Origin: Hormiphora californensis
Lineage: Eukaryota; Animalia; Ctenophora
Assembly: GCA_020137815.1 (NCBI GenBank)
Contig: CM035353.1
Span: 3,658,001-3,722,000, forward strand
DNA: 64,000 nt
Reading direction: 5' to 3'
In this document: piece by piece, positions 48,401 through 62,806 of the stretch
How positions within the stretch are numbered: position 1 is the stretch's first letter
Layout: the number at the start of each line of letters is the position of its first letter
The notes under the pieces: generated by a model
What the model saw: only the letters and a program-made list of their open reading frames with translations
What the model was told of the DNA's origin: nothing
Database searches by the model: none
Position numbers and translations under genes: made by a program

Positions 48401-51400
48401 TCAATCTTGTACCCAAATGTTCGCCTGACAATTCTCTACAACACTGTTTTTGGTTGAGTCGTTTTGACCTATTTTTCGATGAGTTATGAGAATTTGAATG
48501 GAACCCACTCATCACACAAAATAACAGGTCACGCAAAGACAGTGGGACACCCTGTACTTGTGTAGCAATTATAAAACGGTACACATTTACGTAGTTCTAA
48601 ACAAATAACATTCAGCTCAAAGAAGTTTATCGTTAAATGGTTTATTTTTATGAAACGAATTAATAGCAAGTGTCCAGTAAATCACATAATTATTACACAG
48701 TTATCACACAATTATGATCATAATGCCAAGGTTAATCATCATACTTTGGTCGACCAATGTTTTCCTCCTCATCATCAACGACTCGCCGGATCGTGGTTCC
48801 ACCGTCATCCCTTACCCTATAATTTGATCAGCTGTTGTGGATATGTAGAAAACTATATTGCAAACCGACCGAAACAAGTAAACAACCAATCAGAACTCGT
48901 TATTTAGGTCACGTGACTGGTTGTCAGGTCGGTTCTTGTTGCAAACTAAGATTTGTTATATGCTCCTGGTATTACAAAATTCATTTGCCGGGAGGATAAA
49001 ACAAAACTTTACAATTCTTTATCTATAACATATTTATTTCATGAGTATATTGTAGAAGAACTTTATTAAAGTTTGATGCTCATCATCATCAACAGGCTGT
49101 AAAATTTGTAAGCCAAACTAAAATTTTAAAAGCTAGATAAAAGTATCAATTTTTCCATATTTTTACAAAATAACCTACACATGACTGGTCTGCAGTTAAG
49201 TGCTTTCGTCTTCCATTAGCATCTTTTGGATATTGATATTTCGAGCATGAGCAGTGCAGTACTCTCTCACTCTACTCGCCCATGTACATATTACCTAATG
49301 TTTTTATTACAATTTGGTATAGTGTTCTCGCGCTTTATTCTGTTTTGCTTATTTTATAGCTTATTTTTAGAATTTTTGTGATTTAACTTATGTGTACAGT
49401 TTTTCCTATAGCATGTGTTTTACAGATACTGATACTGATGTTGAGCATTGATAAATACAATTCTACGATAAAACTCGTAAAATCCAAACAGGTCACGGAT
49501 ATTTTCCACTGAGACCTTAGCTTTCAGTGGCGGTTATTCCCTCAGGAAATATCCGTTACTGAAATCTGCGATCTTAGGTATCAATGGAAAATAGCCGTGG
49601 CTTGAACCTGAGGTTCAGGCACGACTGTTTTCCCCCAAAGGATTAAAAAAGTGTATATCTGACCCAGAATACAAGATATACCTGAGATGAGTAGCCTTCT
49701 TCTTGTGATAGTGCATGTCGAGTCCCTGTCGAGCAGCCTCCTCGGGTACATTCAATACCTTCAAGAGTTTGAGAAGACCGAAAAGAAGAAGGAAGCAGAC
49801 GAAGGTCCAGAGAATAATAACGAGGGCACCAATGGCGTTCCATCCGACAATTTGGAGTCGGTAGTAGGAGAGATCGTAGAAGAGAGAGTTGTCTCGGATC
49901 ATTAGTGGAGCGGAGAAGATACCCCATAGACCACCACCAAAATGAACTAAAATGGACGCGGTTATGTGATATGTATTTAAATATATTAAAAGCCAATTAT
50001 ATATAATATGTAGTATCTTACCAGCAAAGGCCTTGAGAGGATCATCGATAATAATTTTAGAGAATTGAAGCCAGATAAGGTAGGACAATCCACCAATTAC
50101 TCCAACACAGAATGCTACGCCCGGGTAGTAATAAAAGACTCCAGCGGCCACAGAGATCTGAGTGGAGATATTTTTAGTATACTTTTAGTACAGGAAGTAA
50201 TTTTGATATCTCCTTCTGGTGCTGATACACACTCACACGCCCTATGTACGACAGTTATATGCCTATAGGGGATTTCACAATAGTTTACAATCATATATAA
50301 TTATGACTGTAATAGATTTGCCTCTAGGTCAGCTCAACTTTTGTTATTGTTTGAGTAAAGTTTACTTGATGACTTGTGTTTGTTTGTTCAACGAGTATAT
50401 ACACAACTAATTCTGACCCAACGATCTTAAATACACTGATGATCTAATTTCATGTTTTACCCTAAATTTGGTAATCATTAAATTAGACACTTTACTTAGA
50501 TTGAACACATTAAAACTTAAAATGAAAGCAGCATGACATTTACCTGTCCGGCCATAAACCCGTTGATTCCCGCCAGTACATCCCAACTTCCCTTATAGAT
50601 TCGGGATACAATAAGTGTTGTACCGCATCCGGCAGTGCCTCCCGCAAGAGTGTTGAGGACAGCGGTTCCAATTAGGGCACCTGTAATGAATAATTTGTCA
50701 TTTGTGTAACTAGCGCACGAAAATATTCACAATATTCCAAAAGTGCAAATAACAGCTTTTCATCTAATTGGTCACAAAAATGTTTTAATGAAGGAGCAGG
50801 CCGTCGCTAAACAACGCGCTGAATCAACGACCATCACGTTCAACTCTGTCTTTTAATTTGTTAGATTAGGTCTTGTTAGATTAAGTCTTGTTATGTTCTA
50901 ACCCTCGCGAAAAGAGGGTCAAGCTAGGCAAATTAAGTCTCCAAACATTTAGTTACCTTCTGGTCGTCCATCGGCCAAAGATCCCCCGATAGTTCTCTTG
51001 ACGCCAACGTTGACAGCAAAGAGCGAGATAATGACGAAAATTCCACCAATACAGACGTTCTACGGATATATTTGTAAATGTTACATCATTTTTATAATTA
51101 TATATCGATGCAATCGATTACATCATATTTATCAAAAATTGATAGATTTTAAAATGAATCGAGAGGACCTCACACGAAGAAATCTATTTTTTTATAGGAC
51201 ACAAATTATACAGTCGGACCCCGATTTACCGGGCCCCGATTTACCGGAACCCCGATTTACCGGGAGGGTAAATTTCCCCCGATATAGGAGATTAATGGTA
51301 TTTGACCCCGATATACCGGGCAAAACCCTTCCCCGAGGATCCCAGTAAATCGGGGTCCGACTGTATTAGGAATAGGAGATCAGTTGATCTGACAAAGCAA

Positions 51401-54400
51401 TAAGCCTAATTTAGTCTTTATCGATTTAAAATCGTGTGAGGTCTTCCACATAATCGTTTAAAATCAAAATATAGTATTGAGGTGCATTAAACATGGTTCA
51501 ACATTTAGCTTACCATAAGAGAGCTATTAGCTCCTTTCTTGGCCCTGTTGCCGCTCATAAAGCAGCCAATGAGGATGACGACAGCTACAAAGATATGAAT
51601 ACAGGAGCTCCCTGCATTGTCCTGAAGGAAGGGTTCAATAGATCATATAGGTGATATAATTAATATCATTGCTAGGAATTAGGCGTTATATCGCCTAGAT
51701 TATGTGTGATCAATCAAGCTGTCGAAAAAGAACTCGAGGTGTCACCAAATATTTGATTGGCTAGACTGCAGTCTGACCAATCAAATATTTCCCATAGGTT
51801 AGCTGGGATTTGATTTAGGAGCTATATATGAATCTAGAGAGAGAACTATATATATCAGAAGTAGTTTACCAGATAGGTAGCTTGTCCACTGTCAGTCTCG
51901 GTTCCAACCATCAGCCACCCCTTGCTGCTCCAGACCCAGTGGATCACAATGGGCCAGATGAGGCCAGTTACAACTCCACACACGATGAGATGAGATATGA
52001 TGGTCATTCTCTCGCAAATAGCTCGGGAGACAAATGCAATAACGAGTCCACCAACACAAGCGAAGAAAAACACTTCCGGGTACTCCTGAAATAAAATTGT
52101 TCAAGAGTAACTCTTAACTGTTATTAATAAGGCTCTGGTTATGTTTGATCTTGCCTAGCTAGACTCTGTTATAAATGTAAAGGAGCTGGTTAGAAAATAA
52201 CAAGTTTAATCTAGAAAATAACATTTATCATTTAAATGTGCATGACAAAATATATATTTTTCTTGTATTCTGATTGCATGAGAGATTATCTTTCACACAG
52301 CTATTATTATAGTACTATAGCTTTCCACTTTCAGTTTCTGTCGTTTGCAGTACCCTAGTAGTTAAATGAGGTACACACCCACCCACACACTCCTTCTCCC
52401 CTATCTTACTCACTATAGCCACGAACTTGAAATTAAATTGGTCTGACCTTTCTTCGACACCATACATACTAGAAACTGGGGCGAGCGAACCGATCGCAAA
52501 CATAACAAAACTTCATTCCCTGTCCCCCTGCAGGCGATTATGAGACGTAGAAAATAACTTTGATATGATTTGTATTTCATTTAACTGTGTATATACCCTG
52601 CTAACTTAAATAACCCGCCAGCGGCGAGAAGTCCCACTGGCGCGCTCTCAATATACAGCCAGTCCAGCGGCAGATTATTTCCCACTGGCTGGCTGTTTAT
52701 TATTAACTCCTATGTTACATTCAAAGTGTGTGTAAATGATCAGTTCTTACTGAAATACAGTGGGAGCACTGTTTGCAAGAGTTACACACTGCATTGGAGA
52801 GAAAGAAACAACACATTCCGTCAATTTCTCTCTCTTTATCTCCCCTTTTGTTTCACTATCTCAATTCCTCTGTGTTATGTCTGGCATGCCCCATATCTTG
52901 TTATTTCTTTCTCTCTCTCCTTAGTAACTGTTACCAAACAATATACACTCAATTGAGAGATGTTTTTGACTGTTTCTCAGTTCTCTTTGTGTGTTTTGAT
53001 TAGTGTTCTCTCTCTTGTTAGTGTGTAATACTTGAAACAAACAACTAAAGCAGGGTATATAACCCATAAACTCTGACCAATGGCACGTTATTGGTTTAAA
53101 CCCCTCCGCCTCTCCCTCGGCTACGCCTCAGAATCGTCGTCGTGATTTAAACCAGTTTATCCGCCACTGGCGGATAAACTACAGCTACCTTCTCCCAGCG
53201 GCGCGCTGGGAGAAAGGTATCTGAAATAACGTGCCAGTGGCCAGAGTTTATGCCTCATATACCTTATCCATAATATCCACACCAGCGAAATGATGGTATC
53301 CGAGGAAGGCATTACCGTTGGACAAGTCAGCCCATGCAGCACCCAGGAGCCAGTAGAGGCAGACAGCCAGAGCTGTAATTATGAGCAACAAGTTTAGTTT
53401 TAATTAAGATTGAAAAGCGTTAATTAAGATTTGAAAAGGCATACACTATACAGTTTTTTATTTTTTAATATACATGCTTACCAAGAGCGGCGATATTTTT
53501 TGTAACTCCAACCAACGCATTCTTTTGCCTGGAAATGCCGGATTCCATCAGGGCGCATCCCAATACTCCAACTGAAATTAAAATAATCAATAAATTAATT
53601 AGTGATTACATGCTATTAGTTGTGTTTTAACAATTAATATTGTTGTGTTTATATAACTATTTTGTAATTCCATGCATTCGACCATATAATAGCGTTTAGA
53701 CCTTTTCAATCTACATATGGAGCTAGCTGTGACTATCGTGCTCTGTACCTTATAGTGGATACACTACCCCAGATTGCATGTTTGATAAATTGCCTGTAGT
53801 ACACTATATAGTGGTGTCTATACTATATACATAACACTCTATATAACTGATTAATTAGACGCGCTAGCCACAGCATCAGTATAGTCTATATACTGCAGTC
53901 CCCTATTTACACAGCGCCATATACTTGATGTCTTGATTCTTGGTACTATAAATCCCTAATAAACATATTTTTGTGTGGTGCTTTCCTCTTGATTCGATAG
54001 TGTTTCTTGAGTTTAATCTACGTGTCATAATCGCCGGTATAATTGGAGACATGCAGGGAATGATTTTTTCTCTACATTTGCGATCGGTATGATCGCCATA
54101 GTTTCTATTTTTACTGATGATGTATTACTACCATGTTTTGAGTGCCTTTAGAAAAGCTATTCATTATACCTTGTAATAAATCTTGTGTTTTCATTATATA
54201 ATAGCTTGACTGTTGTACAGCTCTTTCTATACTACAATTATGGGTCACTCATCTAAGTAGATTTAGCTGTCAGGTATGATGATGATCAAAGAAATATCAG
54301 TCTTACAATGAGACAGGTACAGTCGGACCCCGATTTAGTGGCACCCCGATTTAGTGGCAGGATTTTTTCCCCGATATAGGAAATTATGTAACATTATAAT

Positions 54401-54932
54401 TTGAACCCGATTTAGTGGCACCCCGATTTAGTGGTAGGATTTTGCCCCCGAGGATGACACTAAATCGGATTCCGACTGTATTTACTTTCAGATATCAAGG
54501 CGACAAAAGCTTATTAAATATATCTTTATACATGCAGTGATAATCTTGTTGAAGTTCCCAGTTCTACTGCGATTATAAACAGTGATATATATATAAAGTA
54601 ATACAAGATTTAATAATTTTTAACAATTATTAAATCTTGTATTACTTTGTGATCAGCTCCTGAATCTTGATCCTGTCGAGCACTTTACCAGGAATCCCTT
54701 CCAAAACAAAGATATAATTACACTGCGCTGGCAAGCACAAAGGTTGCAATCCCCCCCCCATATACATGTATACATATCACTGTATCTAGATACAGTGATA
54801 TGTATTTACATATAATGTGTGCTTATATCTATAATTCATATACTCACAGAGAACGAGGATGCCACAGAGACATAGGAAGAGCTGGTTAACAGACTCCATT
54901 AGATTGGAGAGTCCTCCCTCTGTATCCATCAT
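45487..54932 (-). CDS. amt: Divergent ammonium transporter (Amt family) with predicted long Lys/Ser/Arg-rich C-terminal tail; 13 exons, 822 aa
   Basis: Exons 54932-54848, 53571-53482, 53372-53263, 52085-51870, 51621-51514, 51059-50957, 50680-50544, 50157-50022, 49946-49682, 48816-48745, 47122-46998, 46853-46642, 46296-45487; all GT-AG, 2469 nt in frame. Motifs ESG..RQKN, ICER, WP...HWVW..GWL, DNAGS..IH, NG..AG, DDP..AFAVH..GG.WG, GLD. The Amt core is secure; the tail linkage is less so. Confidence 0.75.
47349..48554. mobile_element. Tc1/mariner-type non-autonomous element (copy 2)
   Basis: Same TIRs and TA TSD as 5291-6731; lacks the nested insert. Confidence 0.9.
52596..53055. mobile_element. 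~460-bp MITE with TATA flanks; second copy at 57492-57953
   Basis: TATA|CCCTGCT...AGCAGGG|TATA; two highly similar copies. Confidence 0.85.
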
Positions 54933-56043
54933 GGCGTTACCAAACTTCCTATTGCACTATATAGAATGAAATAAGTTAAGGGGGTGCAGACTCGTTACCA
55001 AACTTCCTATTACACTAATATAGAATGAAATAAGTTAAGGGGGTCACGATACGTTACCAAACTTCCTATTACACTATATAGAATATATAGAATAGGGGGT
55101 CACGATAAAGCGGCCTTACTAAACTTTCTATCTACACTTACACAATATAGTAAATGTGTATTGTATTATACGTAGATATGAAAATTATTAGAACTTTACT
55201 GATGCTTCCATATTTATTTTAAAATTTTAATTAATTGATTTTATCATCTAGCTCTATACCGTATAACTATTGACAACCATCCGACCGCTTCGCATAGTTC
55301 TTCCCTCGTCTCCCTTTCGACATTTCCTCGACAGTCAATGTGCCCCCCTCTTTCTTCTCATTACTTCGCCCTCTCTATCTCTATATCCATCTCTCTTTGC
55401 CCATCTCTCCCTCTCTTCACTTCTGATTTCTTACGACAGTATATTCTATAAAGTTACTTCAGCTGTGTAGTAATAATTCCTTTTATGTGCAATGGGCTTA
55501 TCCTGATTTTTATTGTTCTTCTTTTTAACATGAATAATTTTACTAGCAATATCTGTTTAATTATTACGTTTGATATAGCCCAGGGAAAAATGAGACTGAG
55601 ACTTGAGATTTCAAGCTGTGCCCTGCGGGAAATAATAGTTTAATATGTAGTTGGTGGAAACTTTATAAATATTTTAATTAATAAATTCAATTTAGACAGA
55701 CTTTTTAAGGCAGCGGTGAGCGGATTACGCCTGAAAGAAATGCCCTAATAGATCGCCCGAATATATATGCGCAGATGAATCTTTCGGGCGGTCTATTCGG
55801 GCGGTCTATTCGGGCCCCCGTGTAAGAAAAGCCAAAATCAAATAGTTATAGTCTACAATTTAGATATATCTCGTTCAAATTGTGGCTGAAGAGCAAGCAA
55901 ACCAAATGCAAAGGCTGGTAGTTGTGAAAAACAAACACTACCACACACACACAGTGATAGATCTGGAAGAGCTGCAGAACTGTGGGAGAGACCGAATGTT
56001 GTGAACCAACCTTACCCGCCGCTAGACAAACACACACCTTTCT

Positions 56044-56171
<128 letters not shown>

Positions 56172-57964
56172 ACTATCTCTTTCTCTATCTCTTTTTTCTA
56201 CCTTTTCTAGACAAACAATGCCCTCATTTCCTTGTCGGGGTGGGTGCTGCTTGATTGATAAACAACACACACACCACGTGTGAACGTGAGAGTGGGTTTG
56301 ATCACCCGGCCCGTGTTACAATGATATAAACTCTCGACAGAGATCATGCCGATCTACTACACAAATTACAGGAAATACTGGTCGCTGATTGGCTGATAAC
56401 CAGTCACGTGGCCTAAATAACGAGTTCTGATTGGTTGTTTACTTGTTTCGGTCGGTTCCTGATAAATTATATTTACTGATATCATCGGGGGACTACAGCT
56501 GCACATATGACACAATCATTTGACACGCCTACCCGACTATTAATTCATCATGTCAATTGTCAAATTGAGGAATAGGGAGGTAGTATTCCTGGAAATGTGA
56601 AGCGAAAGATTTATGGCGAGGGCCAGGAACGCGCAGCCGTGGCCCTAAAATCTGGCGTATGTTCCACTTTTTTCACAAACTTTCTATTACAGGATCTGAT
56701 CACGCGTATATAATTGTGATTTGATACATTACTCGCTCCTTCCTCTTCCCCCAAGATTGTAAGAATGCGAATGTGCATGTGAATACTCTCACGTCTCTCG
56801 TACAACCAATAAAACATATTGGCATGGAAACATATTCACACACATGTATATAAAGTCACATTTCAAAGTTGTCGTTATGCACTGTGTGCTCGCACCATAA
56901 TTGCAGTGTTATCTTTATTGAAGTACAAGATGATTTTTGGTTCAATTCTAGTGAGTAGTGCAGCAGACATGTCTATTAGACATGTCTAGACATTGTCTAT
57001 TTCTCTCGCTGTCTCCTGCCCCCCGACCGTCTTTGTACCCCCCCCCCCCCCCGTATGGGCCGTATCTCGACCTGTCAATGCCGCGGCCTACTTTTGAAGT
57101 ATATCTATTTCAGAAGTATACCATCCCTTCTTGGAGGGTTTTACCAATTGGTATGGGGGGTGACAGGTGCCAGGTGACTGCGTTACCAATAATTAGAGAT
57201 CCCTTTGACAGTTAAACCTCATATAACAGCATTTCCACGGTAAATTATCAAACTGCATCACAACATGTCAATAATTATACCGTTTTGGGGCAATAGAAAA
57301 TCTATAACCTGTCACCGCGATAGGTGCCACTCTACCACAATATACTGGTCATCTGACCAAGAGCCATGCTGCTCTTTCCCAGTACCTTGCAGCAGTCTTT
57401 TCTCCTGCTACTATCATGGGTGTGTTCTCCAGCTTTCAATTTCAATCAGCTACACCAACTAATCAAGCAATGCGTTTGATTACTCTATATACCCTGCTAA
57501 CTTAAATAATGCGCCAGTTGCGAGAAGTCCCACTAGCGCGCTCTCGATAACCAGCCAGTCCAGCGGCAGATTATTTCCCACTGGCAGGTTATTTATTTTT
57601 AACTCCTATGTTACATTCAAAGTGTGTGTAAATGATCAGTTCTTACTGAAATACAGAGGGAACACTGTTTGGAAGAGTTACACACTAAATTGGAGAGAAA
57701 GAAACAACACATTCCGTCAATTACTCTCTCTCTTTATCTTCCCTTTTGTTTCACTATCTCAATTCCTCTGTGTTATGTCTGGCATGCCCCATATCTTGTT
57801 ATTTCTTTCTCTCTCTCCTTAGTAACTGTTACCAAACAATGTACACTCAATTGAGAGATGTTTTTGACTGTTTCTCAGTTCTCTTTGTGTGTTTTGATTA
57901 GTGTTCTCTCTCTTGTTAGTGTGTAATACTTATAACAAACAACTAAAGCAGGGTATATAACCTA

Positions 57965-58378
57965 TTTAGTCCAAAAACCAATTAAATAAATTAGTTTGGA
58001 TGCCCGGGCCCATTTGGTGTCACGGGGGTAAAACCTTTAGGCTACTGTCATAAATAATGGCATATCTCGTTTATTTTTCAATCTCTCGTTTTTCTTTTCT
58101 CTTTCTCTCCCTCCCTCTATCTCTTTCTCCCTCTTTCTCCCACTCTCCACGGTCCACCTCCATATCTTCCTCTTTCTCTTTTTTTCTCTTTTTTATTTAT
58201 ATTTCTCTTACTATCTCTCCGTCTTTCTCGATATATCTCACTCTTTATATCACAACTTGTTTTCCTTTATCTCTCTCGATATCCATCATTTATGACAGTA
58301 GCCTAAAGGTTTTACCCCCGTGACACCAAATGGGCCCGGGCATCCAAACTAATTTATTTAATTGGATTTTGGACTAAA
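57965..58378. mobile_element. MITE with ~90-bp TIRs and a pyrimidine-rich interior
   Basis: TTTAGTCCAAAA...GGCTACTGTCATAAAT arms inverted at 58287-58378. Confidence 0.8.
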
Positions 58379-60529
58379 TTTCTGTTCTTTTTGGTGTAAA
58401 AAAGAGACCGCTTTTTTCCTGATTTTATTTTGGGATCTGAATGCTACATAAATATGCAAATAACGGCTAAACGGTGCGAGATACGAATTTTTGTCCGGGG
58501 GACGACCCCCCATAAATCGACTATTTTAAGTCGGCATATACCCAAGAAAACGTTCTAGGGTCAGCCGAAGTGGACATTTTAAAGGGTATGCATAAAATCA
58601 TGAATTTGGGCATAAATATGCAAATAACGGCTAAACTGTGCGAGATACGACATTTTGTCTGGGGGACGACCCCCCATAAATCGACTATTTTGAGTCGGAA
58701 TATACCCAAGAAAACGTTTTAAGACGAGCCGAAGTGGAGATATAATGCAATTAAGTTATTAAAATGAATAATTAATGAATAATTTATGAATAATTAATGA
58801 ACGATGGCGATTTAGAAGTTTTCACATAGCCTATACCACGCCAAATAATGCAAGGAACCAATGTTCCAAACGGCAAGTCTCTACTATTTGTGGTTTAGGA
58901 GAACACTCAAAGTCCTCCCCCTCCCCCTCCCCTCCCATCCCTTACATTTTTGCATTTTGGGACCCCTCTGGCAAATTTTTACCTTCCATCCGATCATTCT
59001 GAAATTTTGTATGCCTCTTCTCCTATATGAGGGCCCTCAGAGTACAAAATTTCATCCCTCTACTTCATCTGGAACATGCATTTTTAAAGCATCAAAAACC
59101 CCGAAATTTGCAATGGTATATAGTAGCACTGGCAGGTTAACACGCTTGTGTGTAGAAGTGTTGCGTGTGCTCTCTCTTTTATTTTTTGAGTTAGAGGGTA
59201 TTTCTAAGGTGGGGGCTCTGCCCCCACACCCCCGTTTAAGGTGGGGGCTGCGCCCCCACACTCCCCTTTTGGGCCCGGGTGTCACTTTGCCAGTGCTCTG
59301 AATAAACATCCTTGCCACTAGACGCGTTTAGTTTTAATAAACCCTCCGCCTCTCGCCTCGGCTATACGCCTTGCGGGATCATTCGTCGTGATTTAAACCA
59401 GTTATCGCGCCAGTGGCGATAAGACTACAGCTACCCTTCTCCAGCGGCGCGCTGGGAGAAAGGTATCTGAAATAACGCTGCCTACTGGGAGCAATAGTTT
59501 ATAACTATCATTTATCACAACCATAACATGCATACAACATTAGCCGACCGTTCCCTCGTATTTACCTTCTACCACTCTCGCATCGATTTTACCATTCCTC
59601 GGATTTAAACCGGAACCGCGATTTAACCGATGCCTCGATTTACGGCGGAACTCGGGAACCCCGATTTACCGGATGGACAACCCTCCCCTGGATATAGAAT
59701 AATTAATGTGTTTGGACGCCTCGATCTCGGGCGACAGGTGTTTTGGGGACTCCTGTTAGCGTGGGGGTTCTCCCGGGTTGGGGGCTACGGAAATCACCCC
59801 TTGAGTTTAACCCGATCTCGGCGTGGGAATTTTGCCGAGAGTCGGTGGTAGCTAACCTGTTTTGACCTAGCTTGTTAGACCTTTTATACCTGTCCAGAGG
59901 CTAGGTGGACAGAAGGTAGAGGGGCCAGTTGTGATTAGACCTCCTCCAGCCTGGACTTTTGCTGGAGGACGGTTTGGCCGGTATGTAGCCAGCCTACTTT
60001 GGCCCAGTGCACAAGGCTGGGGAGTTGGTGTAATACCGGCCGGGGGTATCTCTAGTCAGAGAGAGATGAGTCATGAGCGGATTAGAGAAAGGAAGAGAGA
60101 AAACACACCACCCAAGGAGGGCAGCTCTGTTGCCTTGGAGTGGTATGTGAGATGCTCCAGGCAGTCCTGAGCTTCATGGTTTACCCCGGGGTATGCCGGG
60201 TCACCCTTGAAGATTCCCTGCCTGGTCTGTAGGACACTATTGCTATCTAAAATAATAGACATTAGCCGCGGCCTGCATCTCAAGGGCGTGGGAAGGAATC
60301 TCACCCTCCCAAAATTCGCACCTTGACATTGTCAGGAGACAGGAAGCCCAGAGCGTACAACAACATGGGTAGGGAGAAAGTGAGAGATAGGCTAGGAACG
60401 GATGGTGCATGTGATGTCAGCGTTCCCTAATCCAGCTACCATTTCCCCGAAATTCGCCCGTAGGGCGAACGGGCCTACTAGTTCATATATACATATATTT
60501 CATCGTCATATATATGTATAATATTTTAG

Positions 60530-61192
60530 AAGATCCTGCAGAATCAGAGGAATGGTGTACCTGTGGTGGAGAGACCGATGGACCGGCATGTTACAAACAC
60601 CTTAGTAGTGATCGCTGTCACCTACACCATCTGTTTCACACCCCTGGCTCTCTATAATACCGCCCATCTTATCGAGGTAATTGTTCATATGTATATACAA
60701 TTTGTATGTGATTGTAATATACAATTTGTATGTGATTGTAATTCTACTTTTTATTTGTTCAATGATGGTCATATCATTAGTTTGCCTAATACTATTACAT
60801 ATGTATACAATACTGTACTATACATATGTATATAACCTTTGAAATTCCCAGTCGGTTCAGGAAAAGATAAGTAAAGATCAGGATTTGCTGTTTGGTAAAA
60901 TCACATATGTTATTATGTGTCTAAACAGGTCAGTATATAACATCACACACGACACACACGACCAATACATCATATAATATGGATTATGGGGTTAAAGCTT
61001 GAAAGATATCATGAAATCTCCCTAGAAACCCTACTTGTCAACTGCATGGTTTGGCATTGTTTTAACGATTATAAACCTTTCTTTTTCAGCGGTATAAACC
61101 CCACCGTTGTTTTGATACGAACAAAGGACGCCTTGAAGAGTATAAAGGATAAGTGTGGTCTCGGACCCAACGAGCTTGATGTCATTTTGTGA
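60530..61192 (+). CDS. 3' exons of a rhodopsin-family GPCR-like gene (TM6-TM7), partial
   Basis: AG-GT exon 60530-60676 (RHVTNTLVVIAVTYTICFTP) and last exon 61090-61192 (SGINPTVVLIR...stop); middle and upstream exons unresolved. Confidence 0.5.
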
Positions 61193-62705
61193 AGTTGGAA
61201 GTTAAGGGAAATAATTAGCTGTATTAGATGAATATTTAATTGTAAGACGGAAACCAATTTTAGTAACTAGAAACGGTGAACAGACAATTATATGGACATA
61301 CATCATTTTGGTGGACTATTATATTGTTAAAGATGCGTTGAGTGGATGATAACCCGTTTCCAAAGTTCAGGTTGACATTGATTTATAAGAACTCCCGTTC
61401 TTATTACCATTACGTGTTTTAGCATTTGAAGGCTAAAACACAGGGAATAAGAACGATTATAGATCTTATAAATCAAGGTCAACCTGTATTTTGGAAGGCC
61501 TTCAGGGAAAAATATGGTCGTCAAAGACTTGATCAACAATTTAGCTGATATACTTGTAAGCATATACTTAATCAGATAAAATTAATTGTTCAATGTATTA
61601 TTTCCGTTTTTATTTCTAAACAAGTACATATGTATGTCAAGTAATAAGTTTGACCGCTTTTTTCACCTAAAAACACCTTAAAACGTGATTTTCTCTACTT
61701 TGCCAACATTTTGGACTTCAACGCTGTCAGAGCATTGGCCGGACCCATTCTCGTTTCGCGCGAGAACTGTGGTCAGAGCATTGGCCTGACAGCTTCAACG
61801 GCATTCGATTCTACGTCAAAAAATAGGTGGGGCCGGGGGACAACCGTATCTTGCTGATAAAGAATATTTTAATAAAAATCGTCGTAAAAGATAGCTATCT
61901 TTTTCTCAATTTATTCCCGCTCCGCCACGACCTTCAGGAAGGTCTTCCCCAACAATTACAACCGAAACTGGAGATTTTCACTAAATCAAATGTTGAACTA
62001 CCCTGGGGCAAGCCGTGCCCCCCCCCCCCCCCCCCCCCGATGATCATTGCTATTCGATTGATGGATATATGAATCATTTAGTAATAGCAGGCACAGAGTT
62101 AATAATTGTCACGACGGACAGATAGACAGGCAGACAGAAAGACAGACATAAAGACAGACATAACGGACATACAGACAGATAGACAGGCAGAAAGATGTCT
62201 CTCTCTATCTCTCCCTCTCTATCCATCTAACTCTTCTTTGCCTCAGCTCAAGATAACCATTATGAAAAACAAAGCCATTAGCTGATGCACGCTGATGCTT
62301 GAGTAAGAGACACATAAAAAAATGGAGAGATAATCCAAGGCAAAGAATTATTAAGGCATCCCCCAAGCACTGAACACGTCAGAGATGATTAGTCACGGAG
62401 TGAGAGATATGGAGAGACTATAGAGAAAAAAGATGAGATAAAGATAAAGGGAGAGGGTCAACTCAAGCTTAACGATCGAGCATTATTATATTTATATCAT
62501 ACAATTTGAACAACTTTATATTTTCCCTGCCCAGATGATCGTTTTAGCACGTGTGCTCGGATTTTTAGACTAGTATCATGGGAGTTGGTAGCTTTCTAAA
62601 TCCATAGAGGTCTCTGCTAATATCGCTTTAGCGATATTAGCAAAGACGCTGCATAATATTGATCCTTAGCCTTTCTTTTTTTCTAAATGCAGCATACAAA
62701 CGAGA

Positions 62706-62792
<87 letters not shown>

Positions 62793-62806
62793 TTTTGGAC
62801 ATCAGT

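Noticed and set aside
56611-57462. Short ORFs upstream of Amt
   Set aside because: No recognisable motif or consistent exon chain
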